Source: Priapulus caudatus
Taxonomy: Eukaryota
Length of the DNA stretch: 53,657 bases
Assembly (NCBI RefSeq): GCF_000485595.1
Contig: NW_014577069.1
Location: forward strand, 1,094,054-1,147,710
Direction: 5' to 3'
The notes under the pieces are model-generated. The model saw nothing but the letters and a program-made list of their open reading frames with translations. It was not told where the DNA came from and ran no database searches. The translations under genes were made by a program, and so were the position numbers. Below are positions 30,543-41,589 of the stretch, in pieces. Position 1 is the stretch's first letter; each line of letters begins with the position of its first letter.

Positions 30543-32306
30543 CTTTAATGGCGAAAGTTCATTTCCGTCATCAAAGTCATTTCGCATGATTATAATTAAA
30601 AAGCCAACAGCGCTAATTGGACTAACCGGGCAAAGTGATTATACGATATATTATAATATCGCACAGGCGCTTAGGTCTCGTTACAGGCTGTGAACGTGGC
30701 AACTCGGAGTAGTTTGGGTTGGCGACGTTAACTAATGATTACTGAAGCGGCCGTGTATTCGTTCAATCAGTAGATCCGTTTTTATAGAATTATTATGCTA
30801 TATAACGGTCGTGAAAGCTTGTAAGCGCGGCGTACGTGTAGACTTTTTTTTTTCGCACGACGTTTTAATTGAGGCGAGCTTTTTTTCAGTTCTGATGAAT
30901 GTTGTTCTATGGTATTCATAAATGAAGACCCCCCTTTTCTAGCTATAACTTATTAATATCACTCAAGTATATATTTTTAATCGAGATGGAATTTTCATCT
31001 ATGATTCACAAAGGTCGCTCGAAGCTTTTTCATATTAAAGTAGTGCGGTGTTCGAGCTTCTTTCATCCGCCCCTAGATCTGAGTACGTACCTCTTTTACC
31101 AGCTCTAACAAGTCTTTCAAAAAGCCAAGTATTTCTTCCGCTTCAATTATCCCGTTGTGATCCTAAATGAAACGAACAGTGGTTATTTTTAACTAGGATG
31201 TAATCTTTCGTACTACTACTTCAAAAGAGTATCTTTAGCTAAATGTAATTGAAAGGCTATTTTTCACCTAAGAACAAAATCTGTCAATCTAATTGATTAC
31301 TACTACTACTAATTAACAGAATGAACTAGCGCAACGCCTTAATTATTTAACTTGTCAAATAATGATTACTTACAGGTGAGTTTATAAGTCTTATATGTCT
31401 ATACTGAGAGAGATGCGAGCGGCTTCTGCCTGCATGATTGTGCACTTACTCTGTCATATAGATTGAAGACGCTCTCTATGTCATCCTTTGTAAGGTTTGC
31501 CGTACCTTTGAATATCTGACGACATAGAAAGTTCTCCTTCACCGGCAGCAATCTAACAACAAACGCTATTTATAGCTTCTTGCACGCATAGTTATCATAT
31601 TACACTTCGTCGTATACTGCGGTGGCTCTAGGTTGCTACATTATTATTTCACGAGTCGGTATATTACATTGGAGCAAGACTCGATAAAAGGACAATAAAT
31701 TCTACATTGTTGCAATTAATTTGTAACTAGAATAACTAGAAGCAATTTAAATTCTATAGTTGTCTCATATATCCGTTACCCTGCGCCGCTTAATTGTAAC
31801 AATAGATGTATGGCGTGGTTTTAGCGGGGTTGCAGTCCTGGACAAGGGCCTCATCAAAATCGCGTTCTTATAACATGGTGCTTTCAGGTGCGTTATGGGA
31901 CTAGGACGCTATGGAACCTGATTCACAAACGTAATACTTTCCCGTAATATCAATCATGTGCTAATATCAATAGTAAGAATGTCAATCGGATTGTATCGTG
32001 TCATATTACGTGAAGAAGATGAGACTGATGAGAGAAAGGCTTGAGGCCGAAAGCAGAAACTAGATCGGGACAACTAGATGTCGACAGACCAACGTACAAC
32101 ATTCATCAAACAATGGCTGAGCTAGCCAAGAAAGCAGCCCAGTTGCAGAAATAATCACAAAATCAATAATAATGTGTAATTTGCCAATTAGCGCGTTTCT
32201 GTTCTGTAGATTCCTCTATGTGCCAGAATACGTGCCACCAGCGTTCAGACAACTGAGTGGACATATCGACTAATTTAACCGAGCCCAATACAAATGATCG
32301 GCAGGC

Positions 32307-32382
<76 letters not shown>

Positions 32383-35300
32383 CAAGAGCTAATAATACCT
32401 TTATTATTAACCGTATAAAGGTTAATAAATAAAAGTTTAATAATACCCTAAAAGGTATTATTAGCTCTTGATATATATATATATATATAGAAATGGCCAA
32501 AGCTTGAATTGAATCGGAAATGTTCAAGGGGGCAGGGGACCAAGTAAAGGATAATCTGACTTTACGGGAAGCCCGATGGTGATAGATCAGGAATATCGCC
32601 CTGACGGAGAGGCTCTTACATTCATCCATCATCCCTTCTTTTCATTTTATTCTGCCCATTTCATCTTCCGCACCCGAGCAAAGGCAGCCCGACAAAACAC
32701 ACAACGTGGTCGATGTCAAGAGAGGAGTCACAGCTCAAGTGATCCAGAGAAGGAGGCAGTTTGTTTGATCGTACGTGTCACCTGTGTGCGAGGATTTTGT
32801 TTGAAATTGAATAATCGGGTGTAATCATTGTCGAAAGATAGAGGCAAAGCTATTACCGCAGAGAGAGTAAAGAGAGACCCGAGTGCCGGCAGCGTTGCGG
32901 ATGCTCAAAAACAACGCAAATCATATCTGGGCGAGGTCGAGCCGGCAATCATTGCTCAGAAGAGAGCATGAATGGCAAGTAATAACGTGGACTTCTAGTA
33001 CTGGCCGCACTAATGCTTATGATTGCTAGACCTGCCTTTTCAAATGCTGACTAGGTGTATTTTATTAATAACTAGACAGAGTGCACTCACGGAGAGTGCA
33101 TACCTCCGCCAGCGACATACGCCATAGGCCATACGACTCACGAACACACGAATAAGTCACGATATACGCCGCGTACACGCTGGCTTGCTGGCTTGCTGCT
33201 CGCTCGCTCGTAGCAGCCGCTCGTTGCTGCTGCTCGCTCACATGTACACGCTCGTTGGTTCGCTGCGCTGGCTCGCTGGGTATCACTGGCTGAGTGGCTG
33301 AGCTGGCTGACGCGCTAATATCGATCGCGCGAACACACGAACACACGCACACGAGAGCGAATACATAACCTCATCCAACTCCGTTGGGCGGAGGTAATCA
33401 TGCAGCGATATCTCATTGCATCCTGTTCGGGGAATGAAAGCGCAGCTCACGTGACTTTGGCATGTTTTATTGATCTTTGCATCTATTTACAAACGCCGCG
33501 AGGGAAAACTCGAGCTGCAAAAAATACTCGTTTTCTTTGCTCATTTCCTGTAACCCGAGGGTCAGGCGTACGCGCTCGGCAACGAGGAAGAAAAGAGCCG
33601 TCTGCGTTCATGTTACTGTGGCACAGATAAGATTGCCTACGCACGAACTGATGCAGCAAACAGCTAATCACTCCGTCAGAGATCACTCAGGCGGTGGGAT
33701 GGGTGGGGGTGGGTGGGGTGAATTGTCAGCGCGGGGGGGGGGGGGGGTATTTCGATATGTAAGGGGGTCAGTCGGTCAGGGGTTCAAACGGGGAAGGGGT
33801 TCGACAGGTTATTGAGGGTCAGTCGGTCGATGGGAGTATGGAGTGCGGGGCCAGCAGGTGGATATTGGGGGTGGGGTGGGGTTCGGAGTGGTGAGCGTTG
33901 AGGAAGAGGGATGGGTCGGTCGGTCGGTAGGGAATCAGTAGGTTGAGCGTCACTGTAACAGCGTTCCGTCGTATTGCGTTGCTTTTTATTGGTGTCATAC
34001 TAAATGTTATGCACTTATTGCTTTAATTGGGGGAATGATTAAAGGGATACTAGACTCTATGATTTTACTGCAAACAACTGTACTTACTGTATAACAAATC
34101 GTCTATACCCACACGTACTTGTTACCAGATAGCTAATTTAATTGTTATAATTAATTATACTACAGCTACGAAATTTGAACGGCACCATTGACACCCGCGA
34201 CCGTGCTGCCACCCTGAAAAAGTTGCGCATTTCCCAATATCTTTTGCACGTTACAGACTGAGTCACAAAGGTGCAATTATATTTATACCTAAATGCTATT
34301 TAACCGAACGATGTTCATTTTAGGACAAATTTATCCATATTATAACTGAAACTATATGTCGTTTATAAGATATTACAATCCTTTTGCTTTTAAATTAATA
34401 AATAAGAAACACCCTCGTCTGTAGCCTTTGGCTGAAAAGTCGTTTTGCGCAACTTTTCAGATCGTGCGCTTTGAGTGGCGCCACCGTCGTTGTAATCAAA
34501 TTGTAGTCGTTAGTTTTAAAACATTAAAAAAAAAAATTTCTAATGGTGATTGAACCATGAAACTTTTTATGTAGCGTAATTTTAACCTAAATTAACTGAA
34601 AATAACCCTAGAACCTAGAGTAAAAGATCTCTTTAACCATAACTTAAATTAGTATTTCCACGATTGCATGTGTACATGTACCTACAACGCTATTTACTAA
34701 TGAAAAATAGTAAATGCTTGTTTATGGTTAATATAAAAATATTACTACAATCTTTCAGATTGAAATGGTTTTGCAGTCGTACTAGAAAGGACGCTGATAT
34801 TTACTAAATTAGACACAATACAAAAGAAAAGAACGTACAGTAAAAAGCAATAAGCTAGAAAGCTTCGTCCTTGAAAAGCGGAGAGATTATGTACTTACTT
34901 TGCCATCTCGCTGAGTTGCAATTTCCCATCTCTATTCGAGTCAAATAATTGCAGCTGGCCGTTGGGGAAAGCAAAAGACAAGCTGTAGGTGTATTATATT
35001 TGCGTGTACAGGTAGGCCCGTTTTACGACAGGGTTAGGTTCCAGTAAAACAGGGTCGTAAAATGAAAAGTCGTAAAACGAGACCAAATTATAATGCAATT
35101 AAATTAGATAGGTTCCAAAATTACCAAAATTCTCCCAAGTTATTTAGAATTTTCCCAAGGTAAATTCTTCCAAGTTATTAGAAAACGTTGTTCAATGTGG
35201 AGGGTTACACTGGATAGTTTATCATTAATATATAAAGTAATGATAAGTAATCGTTTACAAACAACTGTTAATAAAATGTGGTTTTATATCATGCATCTAT

Positions 35301-35980
35301 ATATTTGTGTCTAAAGTAACACGAGAATTACAATTATGCTGAATCCTAAAATCCTAAAAGATTGATCGATTTTGACGGTTTTAACGTTAAGCAATATTGC
35401 CCGTCGTCAATGTATGAAAGAGAGAAAAATACAGCAAATAGACGAGGACGGATAGAAATAGATAAACATATGGACAACGATTATGCTCGCTCATACCATT
35501 GTATCAGTGTATTCAATGAGTTTGTCCTCTGTAACATCTCGCTTGAATTCGCCAAGAAGGTCTTTCAGGAACTCCTGTATGTGTATATGCATGTATATAG
35601 TGACTGCGCTTACTTAATGTTACACATGCACTGTAGACAATAACAAACATTTGGCAATAATCTGCAAGTACCTTGACTGGACAAGCCTCATTTCTCCTTT
35701 TAGTTTATTTAGATTATAGTTGATGTTTTGGTTGTTCATTTGATGAACAATTTACTTGATTTTTGGAAACTTCATTTATGTTCATTGTGTTTCATTTAAG
35801 GTAGTAAACCGTATTTACATGCGCTAGAAGGATCGTTTGACTTTGTTCGTGTAATTAAAACACTGCTTATGAGATCGGTTGCGTGATAATTTAACATTGG
35901 ATGTTTCCTTTTTTATAGATATATAAATCACTAGATAGATAAATGGATGGATGGATAAATAGATAGATAGATAGAGAAAG

Positions 35981-36037
<57 letters not shown>

Positions 36038-36048
36038 GATAGATAGAC

Positions 36049-36097
<49 letters not shown>

Positions 36098-36108
36098 GAT
36101 AGATAGAC

Positions 36109-36197
<89 letters not shown>

Positions 36198-37509
36198 GAT
36201 AGATATGTGTGTGAGGGTAAAAATGCACAACGTGTTAGGTTACTAGATACGCTCAGCATGTGCTGTCTCACCTTTAGTTCGTCACCTTCTATATATCCAC
36301 TTCGATCCAGATCATATTGTTTCCAGATCTATATCCGTGATAAAAACACGTTGGTAAGTGAGCATTAAGTAAAGGCTGTGGCTACGCGTCCGGTTACCGG
36401 ACGCCCAGCTCCCAGTCTACGCGTCCGGTCATATATTTCTTATGTGAACCCTACTATATTTTTTTAGTAAAAACAATAATAAATAGGTTTTTACCATAAT
36501 ATTACTTACCTTTAGGTATTTTATAAAAAAAATATGTTTTTGTAACTTTTGAAGCAAATCCAGTAAAATCAACGATTTGAAAGGGGGCGTGGCCTAATCG
36601 GGACGTGGATTTGGAAATCGGTGCTGAGCTTTGTAATGGAGGACCGGACGCGTAGACACTGCGTTAGGTAAAACAATATTCCACTATTTCAGCGAAGTGA
36701 TTACACCCGTAATTAGCAACCCGTAATTAACATTACGAACAAAACATCAATCTTTTGTATGAATAATTACTACCTTCATAAATTCAACGCTGGAATCCAG
36801 CGGGTTGTCTACTCGAAATAAGAGTAGGAAATTCTCTTCCATGGGCAGCATTTGAGCGAGCTGCAAAATATCGCCATTATTAGATAGCTGGTCATCGTCC
36901 GTGATTATATAGCTCGCACAGCGTTGCAATAATTTCCACCTGTCGGCAATCATTTACGCATGAAAACTGCATGTCGGGCGGGAAGCTGAGAGATAATCAC
37001 GGTAATAACGCGCACCGCGAATTCTCTCCCCGATGTTGTGTGACTTGACACTTACGCTGCATAGCGAAATTATCCGTACGTTCGATAGACGCGTTCAGAT
37101 GTCGCGCACCGACAACCACACGTATAGCGCTATAGGCTAATTGCGCAATCTATAATGGCACCCGTTATATTGCAAAAAATTACGCTATACTGCAAAATAA
37201 TATACATCGGCAAGTCACGCAAAAATGCACATCGCCGGCGATAATATCATTAAATATATATGTGCGTGCGTGCGTGCGTGCGTGCGTGCGTGTGTGCGTG
37301 CGTGCGTGCGTGCGTGTGTGCGTGCGTGCGTGCGTGCATGCATGTGTGTGTATATATATATATATATAATTTTATATATAGTTATGGTACACTGGATTAT
37401 CGGGTTTTCGGTTAGTGACCTCGGATATGTCGATCCTGCCGTCAGAATTCTCGTCATATGCCTCCATGAAACTCTGCTTGATTTCGTGCAGCACGCTAGC
37501 TGATATGGT
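30414..37509 (-). CDS. Cbp53E: Calbindin-32 / Cbp53E-like EF-hand calcium-binding protein (calbindin-calretinin-secretagogin family); 8 exons, 5' partial
   Basis: Minus-strand exons 37509-37420, 36860-36774, 36328-36272, 35574-35497, 34954-34899, 31552-31450, 31162-31091 and 30542-30414 join in frame (672 nt, 223 aa plus stop). They contain five EF-hand loops and the family linkers LAQMLPMEENFLLLFR and MAKLLPVKENFLCRQ. Confidence 0.93.
31091..31162 (-). CDS. Cbp53E: Calbindin-32-like exon (EF5)
   Basis: atttag|DHNGIIEAEEILGFLKDLLELVKE|gtacgt, 72 nt. Confidence 0.93.
31450..31552 (-). CDS. Cbp53E: Calbindin-32-like exon (linker and start of EF5)
   Basis: tgttag|(K)LLPVKENFLCRQIFKGTANLTKDDIESVFNLYDR|gtaagt, 103 nt, phase 2/0. 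Confidence 0.93.
32381..32472. repeat. Micro inverted repeat (22-bp perfect arms) within (TA)n
   Basis: ATCAAGAGCTAATAATACCTTT ... AAAGGTATTATTAGCTCTTGAT, flanked by TA runs. Confidence 0.85.
33070..33398 (-). mobile_element. Non-autonomous Helentron/Helitron (HINE-type) element
   Basis: On the - strand: 5' ATTACCTCCGCC with a short hairpin, a GCGA/GCCA-type microsatellite core, 3' subTIR GGCGGAGGTA, hairpin TGCACTC-N5-GAGTGCA and terminal CTAGT. Confidence 0.75.
34043..34632. mobile_element. Kolobok-like MITE
   Basis: TTAA at 34039-34042 and 34633-34636. Imperfect TIR AGGGATACTAGACTCTATG vs AGAGATCTTTTACTCTAGG (13/19). Internal inverted motif GAAAA(A)GTTGCGCA at about 34216 and 34446. Confidence 0.5.
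34899..34954 (-). CDS. Cbp53E: Calbindin-32-like exon (EF4)
   Basis: ggccag|LQLFDSNRDGKLQLSEMA(K)|gtaagt, 56 nt, phase 0/2. Confidence 0.93.
35009..35200 (+). mobile_element. Truncated pogo/Tigger-like (Tc1/mariner) MITE end
   Basis: TA|CAGGTAGGCCCGTTTTACGAC followed by GTCGTAAAA repeats, as in Tigger-type ends. No partner TIR seen. Confidence 0.4.
35497..35574 (-). CDS. Cbp53E: Calbindin-32-like exon
   Basis: atacag|EFLKDLLGEFKRDVTEDKLIEYTDTM|gtatga, 78 nt. Confidence 0.93.
35932..36205. repeat. (GATA)n microsatellite
   Basis: Read directly. Confidence 0.95.
36272..36328 (-). CDS. Cbp53E: Calbindin-32-like exon (EF3)
   Basis: atatag|IWKQYDLDRSGYIEGDELK|gtgaga, 57 nt. Confidence 0.93.
36370..36666. 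mobile_element. Small MITE with imperfect ~23-bp TIRs
   Basis: AAGGCTGTGGCTACGCGTCCGGT versus the reverse complement of ACCGGACGCGTAGACACTGCGTT. The CTACGCGTCCGGT motif is repeated at 36417. Confidence 0.55.
36774..36860 (-). CDS. Cbp53E: Calbindin-32-like exon (EF2-EF3 linker)
   Basis: ttgcag|LAQMLPMEENFLLLFRVDNPLDSSVEFMK|gtagta, 87 nt. Confidence 0.94.
37255..37368. repeat. (GTGC)n-(TA)n microsatellite
   Basis: Read directly. Confidence 0.9.
37420..37509 (-). CDS. Cbp53E: Calbindin-32-like exon (EF2)
   Basis: tttcag|TISASVLHEIKQSFMEAYDENSDGRIDISE|gtcact, 90 nt. The donor is weak but GT. Confidence 0.9.
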
Positions 37510-38305
37510 CTGAAACGTCAAGCAATAAAATCCGCAAAAATTAGCAAATTTGCTACATAGCTGCTAATCCTAAAACTGCTAATTGAATGCTTAATTTGGT
37601 TGCACATAAATGTAATAATTAAGTGAGTATGTATGTGCCGTAACTTACGTAACAATGATTAACTAATAACATGAAACAATAGATGCGTCAAATCGAAACG
37701 CGGACGCAGTCGGATGAGTTTAAATTATGACGAATCTTTATATTCATTTCGCTTTTATATTAATTGAAAACATGTGACGCAACGTACACACACAACAGTT
37801 TCACTGCGTGCGACATCACATTATGAGATTAGATACAATAATATAACTCAGCAAAAGTAGATGTAATAATGTAACCCTACTCCTGCTGGGTTACTTTATT
37901 GTATTTACTTATGAGATTAGACGTTTACGGTAATAATTCTGGTTTTTGGTTACTCAGACAGAAAGATGTGCAACGGTAGAATTTATCGAACGACGGCGTC
38001 TAGTATTATGAAACTTTCATGATGATAATATTGCAGAAATGAAGTCTATAGGTGTAGAATAACGATCGCCAGCGCAAACCTATACATGTCTTTTCACGTG
38101 AATCGGCGGTAGCACAGGGTTAGTCTAGAAGAAGTCTAGATAATAGAAACCATTACCTAGGCATAGTCTGTATGTGCATGCGCGACTTGCATCAACCGGG
38201 CACGCCACAATCAGTGTTCGATCAATGCGGTAGACATGTGAATAAGGTACAGTATATATTTACGTATATATATAAATCCTCATATGTATCTATACATATA
38301 CATAA

Positions 38306-38357
<52 letters not shown>

Positions 38358-38477
38358 TGCGGTGTAGATGCGGTAACCGCCTCGCTATATTCTTCGATGA
38401 TTGACAGTAAATTTAATTTATTACTAATAAACTGCGTTGTGTATGATCAATGAGAGTCGCCTAAACTAAATTACCAC

Positions 38478-38544
38478 ATACACACAAACAAACAAACAAA
38501 CAGGCGCTGACACAAACGAACAAACGCACACACATACACACACC

Positions 38545-38605
<61 letters not shown>

Positions 38606-38712
38606 CACACACACACGCACACAGCACACCAACAACTCACACACTACACACACACCAACACACGACACAATTCACACATCACAGCGACGCACACACACCA
38701 ACACACACACCA

Positions 38713-38794
<82 letters not shown>

Positions 38795-38802
38795 AACACA
38801 CA
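38478..38802. repeat. Degenerate (CA)n microsatellite
   Basis: Read directly. Confidence 0.9.
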
Positions 38803-39820
38803 CCGATGAAAATACACGCTCAAATAAACAAATAATCGCACATACGCCCACTCACGCACACGTGCGCGCAGACAAGCACGCACACGCACGTATACGCGCA
38901 CGCCCGCACGCCCGCACGCCTTGCGCGTTACCCGACGCTGTGCGCGGCAGGCTTTTTCCTGGCAGATGCTGCGCGTTACATTGTATTTTCTACACGATGC
39001 ACTCTATTCAACCAGTTCTCCTTATTTGCGCGTTGTTGTCAATTACGTCGAGAATTTCTAAAAAAAGAAGAACTTTTAAGAAAATGTTTAGTTTGTTGTT
39101 GCTTAAAGCGGTGTCATACGCGGATGCTGTAAGGGGTTCGTTGAGCGAAACCGACAATATGAAATCAGGATGGTATTGACCGTGCAGATAGGGGCCCTTT
39201 ACGGCCATTCCATACTCCCAGGAGTATAGTACGTGAATAGATAATTCTCTATTCACGTACCCCTCGATACTATATAGTGATATAAGCATATAGTTAAAAC
39301 GGCATTCACATTTTACTCGACGTTTTATTATTTACTAAGTGTGTCTTATCTATATGTCTAAGTGTGTCCCGTATAATAGTGAGTAAAATGCTATCACGGG
39401 CTGTATTCACGAGGTAATTGTAACCTGACGAGTGTAGCAGCTGTTAATATGCTAGCGTGAGTTTATATTGATCATAATGGTCGCGCACCTGGATCCCTGA
39501 TTAACCTAAATTATCAAACACCGTCAGAGCTTATGGGAATATAAAGCTCGAGCAAACTACTGTCGCTAATATCATGCCGTGTATTGTCATATAAGTAAAC
39601 ACAGCGCGTCTAGGTGATAGATGCGTGTTATTTTCATAAACTCGTCGTGTGTCGTTAATTTCGCGAGCACTCTGACATCTACCGACAAAATTGATTGTTG
39701 GGGGTTTTAGCATTCTCTTCTCACCTCGGATTTCGCTGAGCCACTCATGGCCAATCGGAACAAATCAGACATGAAAGCATGAATACACGACCAAGGTCGG
39801 AACATTCCCAATATAATGTG

Positions 39821-39876
39821 TAATAATAATAATGATGATGATGATGATGGTGATGGTGATGATGATGATGATGATG

Positions 39877-39933
<57 letters not shown>
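39821..39933. repeat. (TAA)n-(TGA)n trinucleotide microsatellite
   Basis: Read directly. Confidence 0.95.
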
Positions 39934-41589
39934 TAGTTCATGCGAAATTTGAGGTCTGGCTTTTAGCGTAGTTAATGCAGCTTTTATGTAAGCCAATGCG
40001 ACTTGGTCAGACAAACAAAGGTGATCGAGGGACAGGCAACACCGGAGAAGCCGTAGTAGAGGAGGCTAATGGGTTGATTAACCGCATCACTTAAAGCAGA
40101 CTGACCGGGAAATCAATACCCGGAACATATCCACCCGAAGATGAAGAATTCCACCCCGACATTTTTCAGACGTTGGTTAGGTTAAGGAAATAAGCATTTT
40201 AGATTTGATAGTATATGGGAATCGTCAACGTGAACATCGATATAGGTTTTTATTCGTGATAGATTTAAATAAATCGATATTATCAGTATTGTACTCATTT
40301 AAGCCAGATTGGTTATTCAGCGGTATTACATCACACGAAATTAAACTTGCGCGAACATGTAAGTTTGAAGGATTTCACGTCGCACCCGAGTATTGCGCAT
40401 AATTCTCATCATCACGAGATCATCACATGGTAACGAGATGCCTCGTACACTTGGACACCTGGGGCCCGTCGCCAGAAATAAAGTTAGTCTTAACATTAGT
40501 CCTAACGACGTTACGATGATTCTGACAAAGTAGTCTGGCAGCAATTAACAAAAGCAGGATTTAGAGTACATACAACATTTTATTACTGATTTTGGTAGCT
40601 GGGACCCTACTGAACACAAATCCATCGTATGCCACCTTGGCATCTTTGAGCATTTTCCATAAAATAAAAAAAATAAAAAATGGCCGACTCCGAAATCTAT
40701 TATTCACTATAACTCAACCAAAAAAGCACATAGAGACTTGATTTTTTTGGCAAACCCTACATATTCTTAGTCAATATATCAACTGAAACACATGAATAAG
40801 CTCTAACATATAATTTTCAATATTTTTTAAAACAAAATTTCCAAAATGGCCGTCAATTACACACATTATGGCAAATAATGACTAGTAGGTCTCCGGGGAA
40901 AGATAGTGAATATAGAAATAAGTTGTGGATATAGAAATCAGTTAACCCTAACCCTAACCCTAATCCTAACCCTATCCCTAATTCTAAAATAAAACAAAAT
41001 TAGCCAAAAATAATACTGTTTTAAAAATATAAAATACATTTTAATTACCAAAAAACAAAGTTAAACACATAATAAAATCATGAGAGTCATTTATACATTT
41101 CTCTGGAAAAAATGGCCTCCACTGAAAACCAAATTTTGCCAAAAAATATTTGCTTAGCAGCTTCATTTATCAAATGCACGTTCTTCATCATGAAAGAATG
41201 TTTTGTACATTTTATAGCAAAATTGATTTTTTTTCACAATGACTGCCTGCCAGCAGATGAAACTTCCAAATAAAACGGACAAAATTGGCCAGATGAGATA
41301 TGTTGAATGTGCTACCATGCATGCATACAGGAAACACACGACGAACTTTGTATGATGACACTATGGGTCTGCCAAATAGGTGGTATCAAAACATTTGCCA
41401 TTGGGTGGTAAAAAAAAAAGTTAACATACAGAAACACACGCACACACATGCACGCGCACGCAAATAAACCCCTAACAATATACATCATTAAAAAAGCAGC
41501 AGTCAAGCAATACAACACAATTCAAGATGTCCAAGTTGTAGCAATTATATAGTTATCTTAGTCACTTGGCTCACACACATCATCTGCAT

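Noticed and set aside
38120..38160. Minus-strand ctag|GT AAT GGT TTC (GNGF) as the missing calbindin EF1 exon
   Set aside because: Continues YYLDFF then stop, with no IEGxEL motif.
40944..40985. CCCTAA repeats as a real telomere or fusion site
   Set aside because: Only about 6 units, mirrored in the opposite transposon TIR.
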